Source of the DNA: Mayamaea pseudoterrestris
Taxonomy: Eukaryota
Reading direction: 5' to 3'
Assembly (NCBI GenBank): GCA_027923505.1
Contig: BROI01000006.1
Span: 868,001 to 932,000, forward strand
DNA length: 64,000 nt
In this document: positions 23,401-34,193 of the stretch, piece after piece
Position numbering within the stretch: position 1 is the stretch's first letter
How the letters are laid out: each line of letters opens with the position of its first letter
The notes under the pieces: generated by a model
What the model was told of the DNA's origin: nothing
The model's input: only the letters and a program-made list of their open reading frames with translations
Database searches by the model: none
Made by a program: the position numbers and the translations under genes

Positions 23401-24837
23401 CACATCATGTACGCTCCGCTCCGCTAGATCTTGTTGCTGGTTATGAGGAACAGTCTTTTGTTGCTTAATACAATAAGCTCGGCTGGTCTCCTTCCATTTC
23501 TTGCCAATTTCCGTCTTCGCGTTATCGGTAATGAGCAAGTTCGGAGCACCAACGAAACGAATAAAATCTTGAAAAGCACCATGCGACTCCTTTTCACGTC
23601 TCATGCACTTAACAAAAAGGAATTTCGTTGCCACTGAGAGAAAGATTTGAACACACGTGTATCCGCGGATCGACTTTGTCTTTGCAAAAAACGTGTCTGA
23701 ATCCGTCCTTCCTTCAATGCGTCGAGGATGCAAAGGTAAAAGCCGTTGCTTCCGATGCTGCCTCGGATTTTCCCTGTTCTCCATTTCAACAGGTGATGCG
23801 CATAGCTGAGTAGTCGCCGTAAGTGTCCGCTCGGCCGTTGCCTCCGGACAGTACCCAAGACGAGCACGCCAATCCGCTGGCTCCTCTGGCTGAATACTCG
23901 ATGGTGCCCTGCGCGATGGACGAAAGATTTGTCCAGTTTCCAAAGTTGGACTACGGGGGAGAAGCCAATGAATGTCCAAGTTCGCTAGCTCCCGCTCGGT
24001 CGGCTTCCGATGATAGAACGACATGGTTGAACCATCTACAAAGTCCAGAGCCACTTCAATCCCATCGACAACAATCTGCTGCTTTCCATCATGCTCCGGT
24101 TTCCTGTCGTCGACCACAACACCTGCATCTCGCAAGTGATGCGAGTTCAACATGGTCTCCATTTGCTGCGGGTCATCATCCATTGCTGCCTCGCCAACGC
24201 CGAGCAAAACCGTTCCTTTGCTTGGATGATCATACGCCGTCACTGCGCTCACTAAAGCCAGCTTCTTTGGCGTCATGCCGACAAGCGCTCCTCCAACATT
24301 GAGAGACTTGTCGATCCGTGAAAGAACTTCCCATCCTACACCACCAACAATGCTAACGTCAGACCCTGGATCAATGATTGCCCGTGGCTTTTCCGATGTC
24401 GCGCGTCCGCGACGAACCGTTGGGATGCGTCTTGAGCTCTTGCTCTTCTTCTTTGGCGCACGCTTCTGCTTGAGCTTGGTCGTTGAAGCCTTGCGCTTCT
24501 TCTTCCCTCCAGCTGAAGACTCATTCTGATCGGTCGTCTTGTTGTCATCGTCTGATTGATCGCTCCCAGAGTCACTATCGTCCTTAAAGTCACCCTTTTC
24601 CTTGAAACGAACTTTGATAGTTGAATCCTTGAGTCCTGACGTAGTAGTCTTGGTGTGCCGAGTGAGAACAGTACCAGCTGGCGACTCGTCGTCGCTGTCG
24701 CTGTCATTGGCTGCCACACTTGTGCGCCGCGACTTGCTGCCTTTCTTTCCTTTCTTCTTCACTGGCGACTTCACCGTCGACTCATCTCCATCTGACTTAT
24801 CCCTGTTATCCGGACTCCTCTGATTAGCGTGGTGGTT
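20473..24837 (-). CDS. Pol (protease, integrase, chromo-like domain, RT, RNase H) of element A
   Basis: 1433-aa ORF. The frame stays open up to the gag TGA at 24838-24840. Motifs: SDTFF, ITDNAKTE, QDLAER, THVDD, FVDSDHA. Confidence 0.93.
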   Translation of the reverse strand, partial: NHHANQRSPDNRDKSDGDESTVKSPVKKKGKKGSKSRRTSVAANDSDSDDESPAGTVLTRHTKTTTSGLKDSTIKVRFKEKGDFKDDSDSGSDQSDDDNKTTDQNESSAGGKKKRKASTTKLKQKRAPKKKSKSSRRIPTVRRGRATSEKPRAIIDPGSDVSIVGGVGWEVLSRIDKSLNVGGALVGMTPKKLALVSAVTAYDHPSKGTVLLGVGEAAMDDDPQQMETMLNSHHLRDAGVVVDDRKPEHDGKQQIVVDGIEVALDFVDGSTMSFYHRKPTERELANLDIHWLLPRSPTLETGQIFRPSRRAPSSIQPEEPADWRARLGYCPEATAERTLTATTQLCASPVEMENRENPRQHRKQRLLPLHPRRIEGRTDSDTFFAKTKSIRGYTCVQIFLSVATKFLFVKCMRREKESHGAFQDFIRFVGAPNLLITDNAKTEIGKKWKETSRAYCIKQQKTVPHNQQQDLAERSVHDVKKRVILNLRYAKAPLVFWCYCLQFIVDCLNYTARKTLDWRTPYERFHGMTPDISVFRFTFWQPVWYFEPTAKFPEPNFCPGRFIGIAWDHGDAFTYRIWTTPEGNWEKGRELIRNVVKARKPEDNESVAEYKLDDEAFDLVSQHFDKKRKRNKKRAVVRKRQKQRERSSSGDDESDSSSDGSNESDDDSYGSVQDSPPTTSVDSEEKGADDATSDDELSASEETAGPGDNGSDSDDEDDLPGLSPRNEDDDMSDAGNDESEEHLLSGFNPLEATEKELEMVDEINDALSSLQESKEIGGAKVTSIVNHGWKEGRLRFIVKWSSGYTTWEELKDMKADYPLLTARYVVKERPTRSGKAATERDRLFGWAQKTLRDVDHSVRRMQRLYDFRLDDNDEIYAVRRNTSHKKKKKPFARKPTLKYGVQVPRNVRDAIKLDEQNGDTYWQDAIKLEIKSLTDLDCFDFKPANHDPGSGYQKTTLVMIFDVKQDLRRKARLVAGGHLVDALDHNIYSSTVKGISVRLLHVIAHKAGLKQLCGDVANAYVNAYTKEKVYAIAGPEFGPDLEGCVVIIVKALYGLSSSSERWHAHFADTLRGIGFVPTGYDKDVWIRLAEDETHYEYICTHVDDFMIVAKKPEAIMEAIQLVYSVKAIGPPDYYLGNDYKQDKRGRWCIGCKKYLTEAIKRVEDMFGELRKHINPTATGDHPETDDLPVLNDDEHRKYQMLIGMLVWIVTIGRIDVAHANTSLARFTACPRRGHLERVLRVFGYLKRRPNRRIVVDSRDPIYEGGADALKIDFTKEFAGLYEGASEEIDTSLPKPLIDKMAITIFVDSDHAHDLVTRRSITGLLIAIGRTPVFHQSKRQGAIETSTYGAEFCAMRTAVEELIATRYMLRCLGVKVSKPSLICGDNGAVIMNSTMKESLLKKKHVAIAYHKTREAAAAGIAHPIKIDGTDNFADCLTKGQTQATFRKLVAGFMYG

Positions 24838-25974
24838 TCAATTGGATCCAGGACTGCCGCCTCCTGCGCCACCACCATTGATGTCGGGGCAATCCTTGGC
24901 CGTAATAATTTTGCGTTCCGAGTTGTAGACGCTCCGCCATTTAAGCAATCCGGCCTTGACTGGACCTTCACACTTGTTCAGCAGAAAGCTCGGAATGTAA
25001 GGAATGACACCGTTGCTCCCCTCCTTCCTCGGACTCGAATCCTTGGAGCGACGACTAATCGCCGGGGAACCACTGTCGCCATTTACTTTAGCCTCGCTCA
25101 TGAGAACCGACTCCCTTTTGCGTACCGCGTCAACGCAATTGTCAAAACTGAGCTCCGACTGGTTCTTCATCAAGTCGGCCTTCGTCCAGTTATAGTCCTC
25201 ATGTTCGATGCCACGAATGAACTGCTCCTTGAGATCCTTTTCCGGGATCGGATCGTCAATGTTCCGAAGCTTGTTCGAGTAGTGATAGAAGTGATTGATA
25301 TACACATGCGCCTCCATCTCATCGTCAAGACGGGCGTTTTTAATCGCTTCCTTCCATCCATAAACAAGTGGTCCGCTCGTATCAGCCGACGCGTACCATT
25401 CTTGCATGTTTTTCCAGCACTTGTAGCCGTCAGCTTCCTTCTGCAGCTTGCTAGAATGATGCTCACCCGATCCGTCCACCAAAGCTCTCGAGAGCATGAA
25501 GAAAAACTCGGTATTTTTGGTCTTTTCCGCTTCGTCTCCCTCCTTTGGTGGTCGTTCTACAAGAAACTTGTAGTCTGATTGACAGATGGTGAATCGAGCT
25601 TGTCTCTCCCAATTTTCCCAGTCTTGCGGCTTGCCCGAGAAAGATTCCAGCGGGTTGACTGTAATCTTGAGAGTGCTCTTTACTTGAGCCTGCGTCGCTT
25701 CCTTGGTTGCTTTGGCCGGGGTCGAGTTGCCTCTGAGCTCGTCGTTGATCAACTTCAACGTCGTCTCGTCCGTCAGCTCTTGTCCATGATCAAACACGTA
25801 CTTGTTCACGTTCAGCATCAGCTTGCGGGATCCCGCCGTCGCATTCGGCAACGCTTCCTTGATATCCTCAGCGTTCATGGTAATGAGAACATCAAAATCT
25901 CCGTATCCAGCTTCCACTAAAGCTTGTTCACTCTCTTGCGAGAGGTTGGTGATGCGTTTGTAGTGATCCATCGT
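24838..25974 (-). CDS. Gag of element A
   Basis: ~380-aa ORF just inside the 5' LTR, with FSGKPQDWENW and FIRGIEHEDY gag-like segments. Same frame as pol. The exact start codon is uncertain. Confidence 0.85.
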   Translation of the reverse strand, partial: TMDHYKRITNLSQESEQALVEAGYGDFDVLITMNAEDIKEALPNATAGSRKLMLNVNKYVFDHGQELTDETTLKLINDELRGNSTPAKATKEATQAQVKSTLKITVNPLESFSGKPQDWENWERQARFTICQSDYKFLVERPPKEGDEAEKTKNTEFFFMLSRALVDGSGEHHSSKLQKEADGYKCWKNMQEWYASADTSGPLVYGWKEAIKNARLDDEMEAHVYINHFYHYSNKLRNIDDPIPEKDLKEQFIRGIEHEDYNWTKADLMKNQSELSFDNCVDAVRKRESVLMSEAKVNGDSGSPAISRRSKDSSPRKEGSNGVIPYIPSFLLNKCEGPVKAGLLKWRSVYNSERKIITAKDCPDINGGGAGGGSPGSN

Positions 25975-26019
25975 CATCGTTCGCACAATCAACTTTCACT
26001 AATGTAGCAGTACTATTCT

Positions 26020-26033
26020 TGGGTCTGATAAAC
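26020..26033 (-). promoter_or_regulatory. Primer-binding site of element A (internal/half-tRNA type)
   Basis: Abuts the 5' LTR. Its complement TGGGT-CTGATAA-AC has the shape of a tRNA anticodon arm. Confidence 0.55.
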
Positions 26034-26300
26034 TGATAACTTCTACAACACACCGTAATGGCCACACCACTGTGTTGCCCCTTAGCCGGTAGGTTGGAGT
26101 CTCTATTCCCTCAAAGGTGCTTCGCCTCGATCCGATGATCAAGATGGGTTCAAGGAAATTGTGAGGCTCCAACCATCGGCCTCGGTATTTACTATTAGGT
26201 TATTCTATCCTACTCCCTTTGGTCCTCGATTCCAGATTCCAGGTCGTTAGCTAGGTCACCTCCGCCAGCACATCTTCGACACACTGTCGAGATTCTAACA
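26034..26300 (-). repeat. 5' LTR of element A, copy 2
   Basis: Direct repeat of 20164-20430. Confidence 0.97.
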
Positions 26301-26394
26301 AAAGAAAACAGCATCACCATGAGGATTGGTTTTCGCCGATTTGATCCGCTCCCTGTACCAATAGCATTCTTGAAGGATCAAAGCGTCACGTAGC

Positions 26395-27529
26395 ATGCTT
26401 CGATCACTCGCTACGCAATCTCAAAGCGCTTGGAAAAGTAGCGACTATAACCCAACGACCAAACGTTTCTGTCAATCTTTGCACCCTTGACGCGTGCTCA
26501 CGCTTGTTGAATTTGCGTCTACAATCTACTATGACGACAAGAGTCTCAGAGGTCCGTCATGTCATTCCTCCAAACCTCAAGATTGGTCCACGGTCATCCT
26601 TTGCTCCCATGCGTTTTGTAATGGTCGAGCCGCGGCTGCCAAGGGACAATGGCAATGAGGACGAGCAAGCAGTTTCATCAAAAGACAAGAAGAAGACAAC
26701 GAGTCTTTTGCAGATGATGAGTCTAAGTATGAAGAAGAGTACGAAGACAACAATCGTCCACTGTTTCTAGCTGCTCCACAAGATCGCTACGTTGTTCCCC
26801 TGCCGGAGCGACTCAAAATGACTGTGCACTCACTGTTCGCTTCCACACCATTGACTGCATCTGGTGCCATTTACTTGGATGAAACCATCTTTGGCCGCGA
26901 CCCCATTCGCATTGACTTGATGAAGCGCACCGTTGACTACTTCCGCGCCAAGAAGCGCGGCATGCGCAAGGCTGTCACCAAGACAATTTCCCAAGTGGCC
27001 ACAAGATGCGACAGCAAAAGGGCACCGGCAAGGCGCGCATGGGTCACTCGCGACCGGCCCATCATCGGGGCGGCGCCAAGGCGCATGGACCGAAGAATGT
27101 CACAAACTATGGAAACACCAAGTTGAATAAAAGGGTGCGGAAGCAAGCGCTGAGTCATGCGCTGTCGCAAAAGTTGTTGGAAGGCAACTTGGTGTTAATC
27201 AATTCACTCTTTGAACTGCCTACACACAAGACAAAAGACTTTGCAAGGTTGCTGCAGCCGTGGGAAATTGGAGGACGGCATGGAACGACGGCACTTGTTC
27301 TGGATTGCTACCATGCTGACAAGCAAGTTGATGCTGCAGTTACAGCCTCTCCACACCAGTTTCGTTGAAGGGTGTTCCGGCAAATGTGGTGGTCGCGTCA
27401 TCAAACATGCATAATGTCACAGTAGGAAATGATCATCAGGGAAGCGTCTATGATATTTTGAAGCACAAAAAATTGGTGCTGACATTGGCGGCGCTCGAAA
27501 AACTAGAGGCTAGGTTAACAGATATATAA
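26395..27529 (+). pseudogene. rplD: Bacterial-type ribosomal protein uL4 (probably mitochondrial), frameshifted
   Basis: TKTISQV/[G]HKMRQQKGTGKARMGHSRPAHHRGGAKAHGPK..KLNKRVRKQALSHALSQK and SVYDILKHKKLVLT are uL4 signatures, split over frames by at least 4 frameshifts. The N-terminus MLRSLATQ is transit-peptide-like. Confidence 0.85.
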
Positions 27530-27604
27530 TCATTTTATTGATTGCCTTGACTTTGTGTTAGATGATTTTGTTGTTTTGAACACACATATTCTGCGCGTCA
27601 AATG

Positions 27605-30600
27605 CGATTCTGAAAGAAATTGGAGGGCTCAGCAGGCAATGCTGATGATCCCTGCAGCCAAAATGGGAGCAGGGCTAGCACATTCAACCATTTGTTGAAT
27701 GTGCGGAGTCTCAGGGCATAGTGACGGCTTCCACGCCCAAATAAACAAGTCTATGAGTCCCATTTATTGTTTCAGTTTATATTGGTTGTACTATGGGGTC
27801 AACAGGCTATTTTGGAAGTCTCACTTGCCACTTGAGGTGCACTGCTACCAGATCCAACAAGTTGTTGGATCTGCTCAGTCTCACTGTGGCATACATGGCG
27901 ATGGATGCTGAGGTGCAACTGACCAACTTATGGCCCATCATTGACAACAAACATGATTTAAAAGAAAAAGGAGGGCTCAGTATACAATGCTGAGGATCCC
28001 TGCAGCCAAAATGGGAGCAGGGCTAGCACATTCAACCATTTGTTGAATGTGCGGAGTCTCAGGGCATAGTGACGGCTTTCCACGCCCAAATAAACAAGTG
28101 TATGAGTCCCATTCATTGTTTCAGTTTATATTGGTTGTACTATGGGGTCAACAGGCCATGTTGGAAGTCTCACTTGCCACTTGAGGTGCACCACTAGCAG
28201 ATCCACTAAGTTGTTGGATCTGCTCAGTCTCACCATGGCATACATGGCGATGGATGCTGAGGTGCAACTGACCAACTTATGGCCCATCATTGACAACAAA
28301 CATGACTTGAAAGACATTGGAGGGCTCAACTGGCAATGCTGATGATCCCTGCAGCCAAAATGGGAGCAGGGCTGGCACATTCAACCAATGGTTGAATGTG
28401 CGGAGTCTCAGGGCATAGTGGCGGCTTCCACGCCCAAATAAACAAGTCTATGAGTCCCATTCATTGTTAAAGTTTATACTGGTGGTACTATGGGGTCTGC
28501 AGGCCATTTTGGAAGACTCACTTGCCACTTGAGGTGCACTGGTAGCTGATCCAACAAGTTGTTGGATCTGCTCAGTCTCACTGTGGCATGCATGGTGATA
28601 AATGCTGAGGTGCAACGTACCAACTTAAGCTTATCATTGACAACAAACATGATTTGAAAGAAATTGGAGGGCTCAACTGGCAATGCTGATGATCCCTGCA
28701 GCCAAAATGGGAGCAGGGCTGGCACATTCAACCATTGGTTGAATGTGCGGAGTCTCAGGGCATAGTGGTGGCTTCCACGCCCAAATAAACAAGTCTATGA
28801 GTCCCATTCATTGTTTAAGTCTATATTGGTTGTACTATGGGGTCAACAGGCCATTTTGGAAGTCTCACTTGCCACTTGAGGTGCACTACTACCAGATCCA
28901 ACAAGTTGTTGGATCTGCTCAGTCTCACTGTGGCATACATGGCGATGGATGCTGAGGTGCAACTGACCAACTTATGGCCCATCATTGACAACAAACATGA
29001 TTTAAAAGAAAAGGAGGGCTTAGTAGGTAATGCTGATGATCCCTGCAGCCAAAATGGGAGCAGGGCTAGCACATTCAACCATTTGTTGAATGTGCGGAGT
29101 CTCAGGGCATAGTGACGGCTTCCACCCCCAAATAAACAAGTCTATGAGTCCCATTTATTGTTTCAGTTTATATTGGTTGTACTATGGGGTCAACAGGCCA
29201 TTTTGGAAGTCTCACTTGCCACTTGAGGTGCACTGCTACCAGATCCAACAAGTTGTTGGATCTGCTCAGTCTCACTGTGGCATACATGGCAATGGATGCT
29301 GAGGTGCAACTGACCAACTTATGGCCCATCATTGACAACAAACATGATTTAAAGGAAAAAGATGGGCTCAGTATACAATGCTGAGGATCCCTGCAGCCAA
29401 AATGGGAGCAGGGCTAGCACATTCAACCATTTGTTGAATGTGCTGAGTATCAGGGTATAGTGACGGCTTTACATGCCCAAATAAACAAGTCTATGAGTCC
29501 CATTCATTGATTAAGTATATATTGGTTGTACTATGGGGTCAACGGGCCATTTTGGAAGTCTCACTTGCCACTTGAGGTGCACTGCTACCAGATCCAACAA
29601 GTTGTTGGATCTGCTCATTCTCACTGTGGCATACATGGCGATGGATGCTGAGGTGCAACTGACCAACTTATGGCCCATCATTGACAACAAACATGACTTG
29701 AAAAAATTGGAGGGCTTAGTAGGCAATGATGATGATCCCTGCAGCCAAAATGGGAGCAGGGCTAGCACATTCAACCGTCGTTGGTTGAATGTACGGAGTC
29801 TCAGGGCATAGTGATGGCTTCCACGCCCAAATGGACAAGTCTATGAGTCCCATTCATTGTTATAGTTTATACTGGTGGTACTATGGGGTCTGCAGGCCAT
29901 TTTGGAAGACTCACTTGCCACTTGAGGTGCACTGGTAGCAGATCCAACAAGTTGTTGGATCTGCTCAGTCTCACTGTGGCATGCATGGTGATGGATGCTG
30001 AGGTGCAACTTACCAACTTATGCTTATCATTTTCAACAAACATGATTTGAAAGAAAATGGAGGGCTCAGCAGGCAATGCTGATGATCCCTGCAGCCAAAA
30101 TGGGAGCAGGGCTAGCACATTCAACCATTTGTTGAATGTGCGGAGTCTCAGGGCATAGTGACGGCTTCCACGCCCAAATAAACAAGTCTATGAGTCCCAT
30201 TCATTGTTTAAGTTTACATTGGTTGTACTATGGGGTCAACAGGCCATTTTGGAAGTCTCACTTGCCTTTGAGGTGCACTGCTACCAGATCCAACAAGTTG
30301 TTGGATCTGCTCAGTCTCACTGTGGCATACATGGCAATGGATGCTGAGGTGCAACTGACCAACTTATGGCCCATCATTGACAACAAACATGATTTAAAAG
30401 AAAAAGGAGGGCTCAGTATACAATGCTGATGATCCCTGCAGCCAAAATGGGAGCAGGGCTAGCACATATGAGGATTCTGAGGGCATAGTGATGGCTTCCA
30501 CGCCCAAATAGACAAGTGTATAAGTTACAATCAATGTTCAAGTTCATAATGGTTGTACTATGGGGTCGGCAGGCCATTTTGGAAGGCTCACTTGCCATTT

Positions 30601-31645
30601 GAGGTGCACCACTAGCAGATCCAACAAGTTGTTGGATCTGCTCAGTCTCACTGTGGCATACATGGTGATGGATGCTGAGGTGCAACTGACCAACTTATGG
30701 CCCATCATTGACAACAAACATGATTTGAAAGAAATTGGAGGGCTTAGTAGGTAATGCTGATGATCCCTGCAGCCAAAATGGGAGCAGGGCTAGCACATTC
30801 AACCAATGGCTGAATGTGCGGAGTCTCAGGGCATAGTGATGGCTTCCACGCCCAAATGGACAAGTCTATGAGTTCTATTCATTGTTCAAGTTTGTATTAG
30901 TTGTATTGTGGGGTCTGCAGGCCATTTTGGAAGTCTCACTTGCCACTTGAGGTGCATTGCTAGCAGATCCAACAAGTTGTTGGATCTGCTCAGTCTCACT
31001 GTGGCATACATGGTGATGGATGCTGAGGTGCAACTGACCATTTTATGGCCCATCATTGACAACAAACATGATTTGAAAGGGATTGGAGGGCTCAGCGGGC
31101 AATGCTGATGATCCCTGCAGCCAAAATGGGAGCAGGGCTGGCACATTCAACCAATGGCTGAATGTGTGGAGTCTCAGGGCATAGTGATGGCTTCCACGCC
31201 CAAATGGACAAGTCTATGAGTCTCAATCAATGTCCAAGTTCATATTGGTTGTATTATGGGGTCTGCAGGCCATTTTTTAAGTCACATTTGCCACTTGAGG
31301 TGCACCGCCAGCAGATCCAACAAGTTGTTGGATCTGCTCAGTCTCACCGTGGCATACATGGCAATGGATGCTGAGGTGCAACTGACCAATTTATGGCCCA
31401 TCATTGACAACAAACATGATTTGAAAGAATTTGGAGGGCTCAGTATACAATGCTGATGATCCCTGCAGCCAAAATGGGAGCAGGGCTGGCACATTCAACT
31501 ATTGGTTGAATGTGCACAGTCTCAGGGCATAGTGATGGCTTCCACGCCCAAATGGACAAGTCTATGAGTCTCATTTAATGTTTGAGTCCACAATTGGGTT
31601 TATTATGGGGTCTGCAGGCCATTTTGGAAGACTTACTTGCCATTG
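27605..31645. repeat. Satellite 1: ~348-bp unit x ~11.6
   Basis: GATCCCTGCAGCCAAAATGGGAGCAGGGCT recurs mostly every 347-349 bp, with one shorter unit near 30470. Confidence 0.97.
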
Positions 31646-32912
31646 AGAACCACCATTCGTCGCTCCCATTCTCCTCCCAGTTACATCCCAGTTGAGCTTA
31701 TCGAGACGCCTCGCAGTGTACGATTATAAACGCCATGAAGTTAAGTATATGCTACTTTTGATTGGCCGGACAGCCATCGGTTACGCTGTAGAAGTTGCCA
31801 CTCCAAGTGCCCGCCACTCCTCGCCCACCACCTTTTAAAATCTCCAGCAAACTTGACCTGCACGGATCGAATGACGCTCATCAAGGATCTAATGCTCTGA
31901 GCTAATTCTGGCTACTAGAATATTCCTAATTTGGCCCCAGCAACTTTTGACTACAAGGCTGCAACTTGCGACTGAGTTGAGCTACCCTGTGTTAAAGCAC
32001 TTGCTGCCTTGACGGTTCGTGCTGGTGCAAAGCCTCTTACTGTTAGTCGTAGTGCTATGTTGTAGTTGGCATGCCTACCTGAGATGAAGCCTTTGTTATA
32101 TCTTTGTGTGTCAGAATATGTTGCCTTGTTATTTAAGTATTTGAGTATCACTACCTTGAACAAAAGACCGGGACTTAACACATCGTGCGAGTGATATTGC
32201 TGCCAGTAGGCAACTTGTCGCACGACAGCATTTTGGCTTCGGTTTTGTCCCCTTCAAAAGCATATGATGTCAGTCAAGGTTGTGTTTCAACGGGTACTTC
32301 TACGATACTACAAGCCTCTTCCTGATTGCAATGATAAGTTCCCTGGAGTGAGCAAAGCAACAGCAGGCACTGACGCATAATGTCAAGGTAGCAGAAGCTA
32401 GCATTGTCAAATTTCAATACATCAGTTTGGGCAGAAGGTAGGATTTGAAAATAATTTCAATGCGGATATCAACAAGCAACCAGCTTGCTTTTCGGAGGAG
32501 GCCGAGGCGCCGGCCGCGGGACATTAACTTAGCTACGTGCTTAAAACATGATTGATTGACATCTTAGCCAATCGCGTCGCACGTGCGTCAATGAACTATA
32601 AGCAAAGTAGTACAATCTGGGCGTGGATTTAATCGTGAAACATGTTTGTAACAATTAGGCTTCTATTGGTCTTCAAAGGCTATATAAAAAGGCTATTTTA
32701 GACGTTTTCACGTGGCACGCTTCATATAGCCCCTACTCCAATTGTTATGTCGGATCAGAAAGCTCAAGTTCCTCTCACTTCGGATTGGAGTCGGGAAGAT
32801 CGCGCTGCAACCTGCCACAATCCGCATGCGAATCACCGATTCAACCTCTCTGCCGGTTTGCTTCACTGATAAGTGCGGCGTCTTCCACTTTGCTACCCTT
32901 ACAACAACCAGC

Positions 32913-33158
32913 ATGAATTCATCGACTCAAACAAGCAAGTCTCGCACCATTGCTGCTTCGTCGCGGCATCGAGGACTGACTCACATGGCCGCTTCAGCTA
33001 GGATTCGCGAGCTTGCTCAAGAGCAAGTCCAAGCTCGTCACATATTGCGCATGGCGCCGCAACGAACAGATATTCCAAGGGCAAAGCTTCGAGCTGTATT
33101 GACAGAAGTGCTACTGATGCTGGATGATACAGAAGGTTTCTTTCAAGATGCTGCTTAG
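32913..33158 (+). CDS. Small hypothetical protein (81 aa)
   Basis: ATG after ACAACAACCAGC, TATATAAAAA at ~32681, amphipathic C-terminus LRAVLTEVLLMLDD. Confidence 0.35.
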   Translation: MNSSTQTSKSRTIAASSRHRGLTHMAASARIRELAQEQVQARHILRMAPQRTDIPRAKLRAVLTEVLLMLDDTEGFFQDAA

Positions 33159-34193
33159 TAAGAGCACCGGAGTCGAATCTATTTCTCTTGGATAGATTCG
33201 TCGGAGCTCAAGGTGAACGATTGGTCCCTCGTCCATCAGTTTTATCACAATATCATGTCCAAGACAGACTGTAATTTAAATTCGTCTTGTTTCCAGAGTT
33301 GTTCATCCCATACTGCCAAAACCAAGTGACCTTTCCCAGTTCCCCACGCACAATGTTTCTCAGTCTACATCGATTTAATATACAAAGACTTAAAGCATAT
33401 ATTTATACCAAATTAGAGAGAGTAAGCAATACTTTAGATTTGGATGCTCAAGTTAAGCACTTTGGCACATCTGTTAGCAAAGTTGGTCGAACGTATGCAT
33501 GGGCACAGCCGCTTTGGTGACAATCAGTGTTCCTTGCGGGATTTTCATCTCCGAGCTTTGCAGCCCGTAGTCCACAGTCCGCAGCGCATGCTTGTAACCA
33601 ACATTTACTCTATGCGCACGCTGCACGCTTCCCTATTCAACAAGCTCATGTTCACTGCAACGCTTGCTGTTCATTCGCTGGCTGGCTTCAACCACTCCAT
33701 CGTCCCGCTGCGTCGTTTCGTTGCCCCGGCCGGCAGCGGGAAGGTTTTCGCTTCCGCGTTCAACGTCGGAAGTAGGAAACGACGCGTGCTTTCAAGGCTG
33801 CACAGGATCTGGATCATTGAGCTTGTGTCAATAAGTAGGCACAGCTGCCGTGATACGCCTGGGGCCGTTGGCAGCATTTCCAAACATCGTCATGAATAGG
33901 TGTCCTAGTGTCAAGTTCCAAGCTTGGTGAATTGCTGGCTGCAAGCGCGATTGTTACTCCAACTTGGTTCGGATAGTCCAAGGCAACGTTCGAAGTGTAT
34001 AGCGCCTGTAAAGATTCGGAAAAGCTATACATAGAAGGTTTGATTGAAAGCGCCTACTTTACCCGCTTTGCTCAAGTGATTCCCTCATTCCGTGTATCTA
34101 AAATCCGTAATCATAACCCAATGCTTGTCGCACTGGGAACTCTTTCGAGCCGTCAAACGCGACGAAAACACCGCCCTCATCACAACCCGCACC

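Larger units (their letters stand above)
20164..26300 (-). mobile_element. Full-length Ty1/copia (CoDi-like) LTR retrotransposon A, copy 2
   Basis: Two apparently identical 267-bp LTRs, AAAG on both flanks, gag plus PR (IIDPGS)-IN-RT-RH, and a PPT next to the 3' LTR. Confidence 0.97.

Noticed and set aside
27699..31494. Repeated 66-92-aa ORFs (MGSTGHFGSL...) as a small-protein gene array
   Set aside because: Stops and indels vary between units, and there is no codon-pattern conservation or recognisable domain.
33400..34030. Possible decayed gene upstream of eIF3d
   Set aside because: Only short ORFs with stops in the plausible frames, and no recognisable motif.
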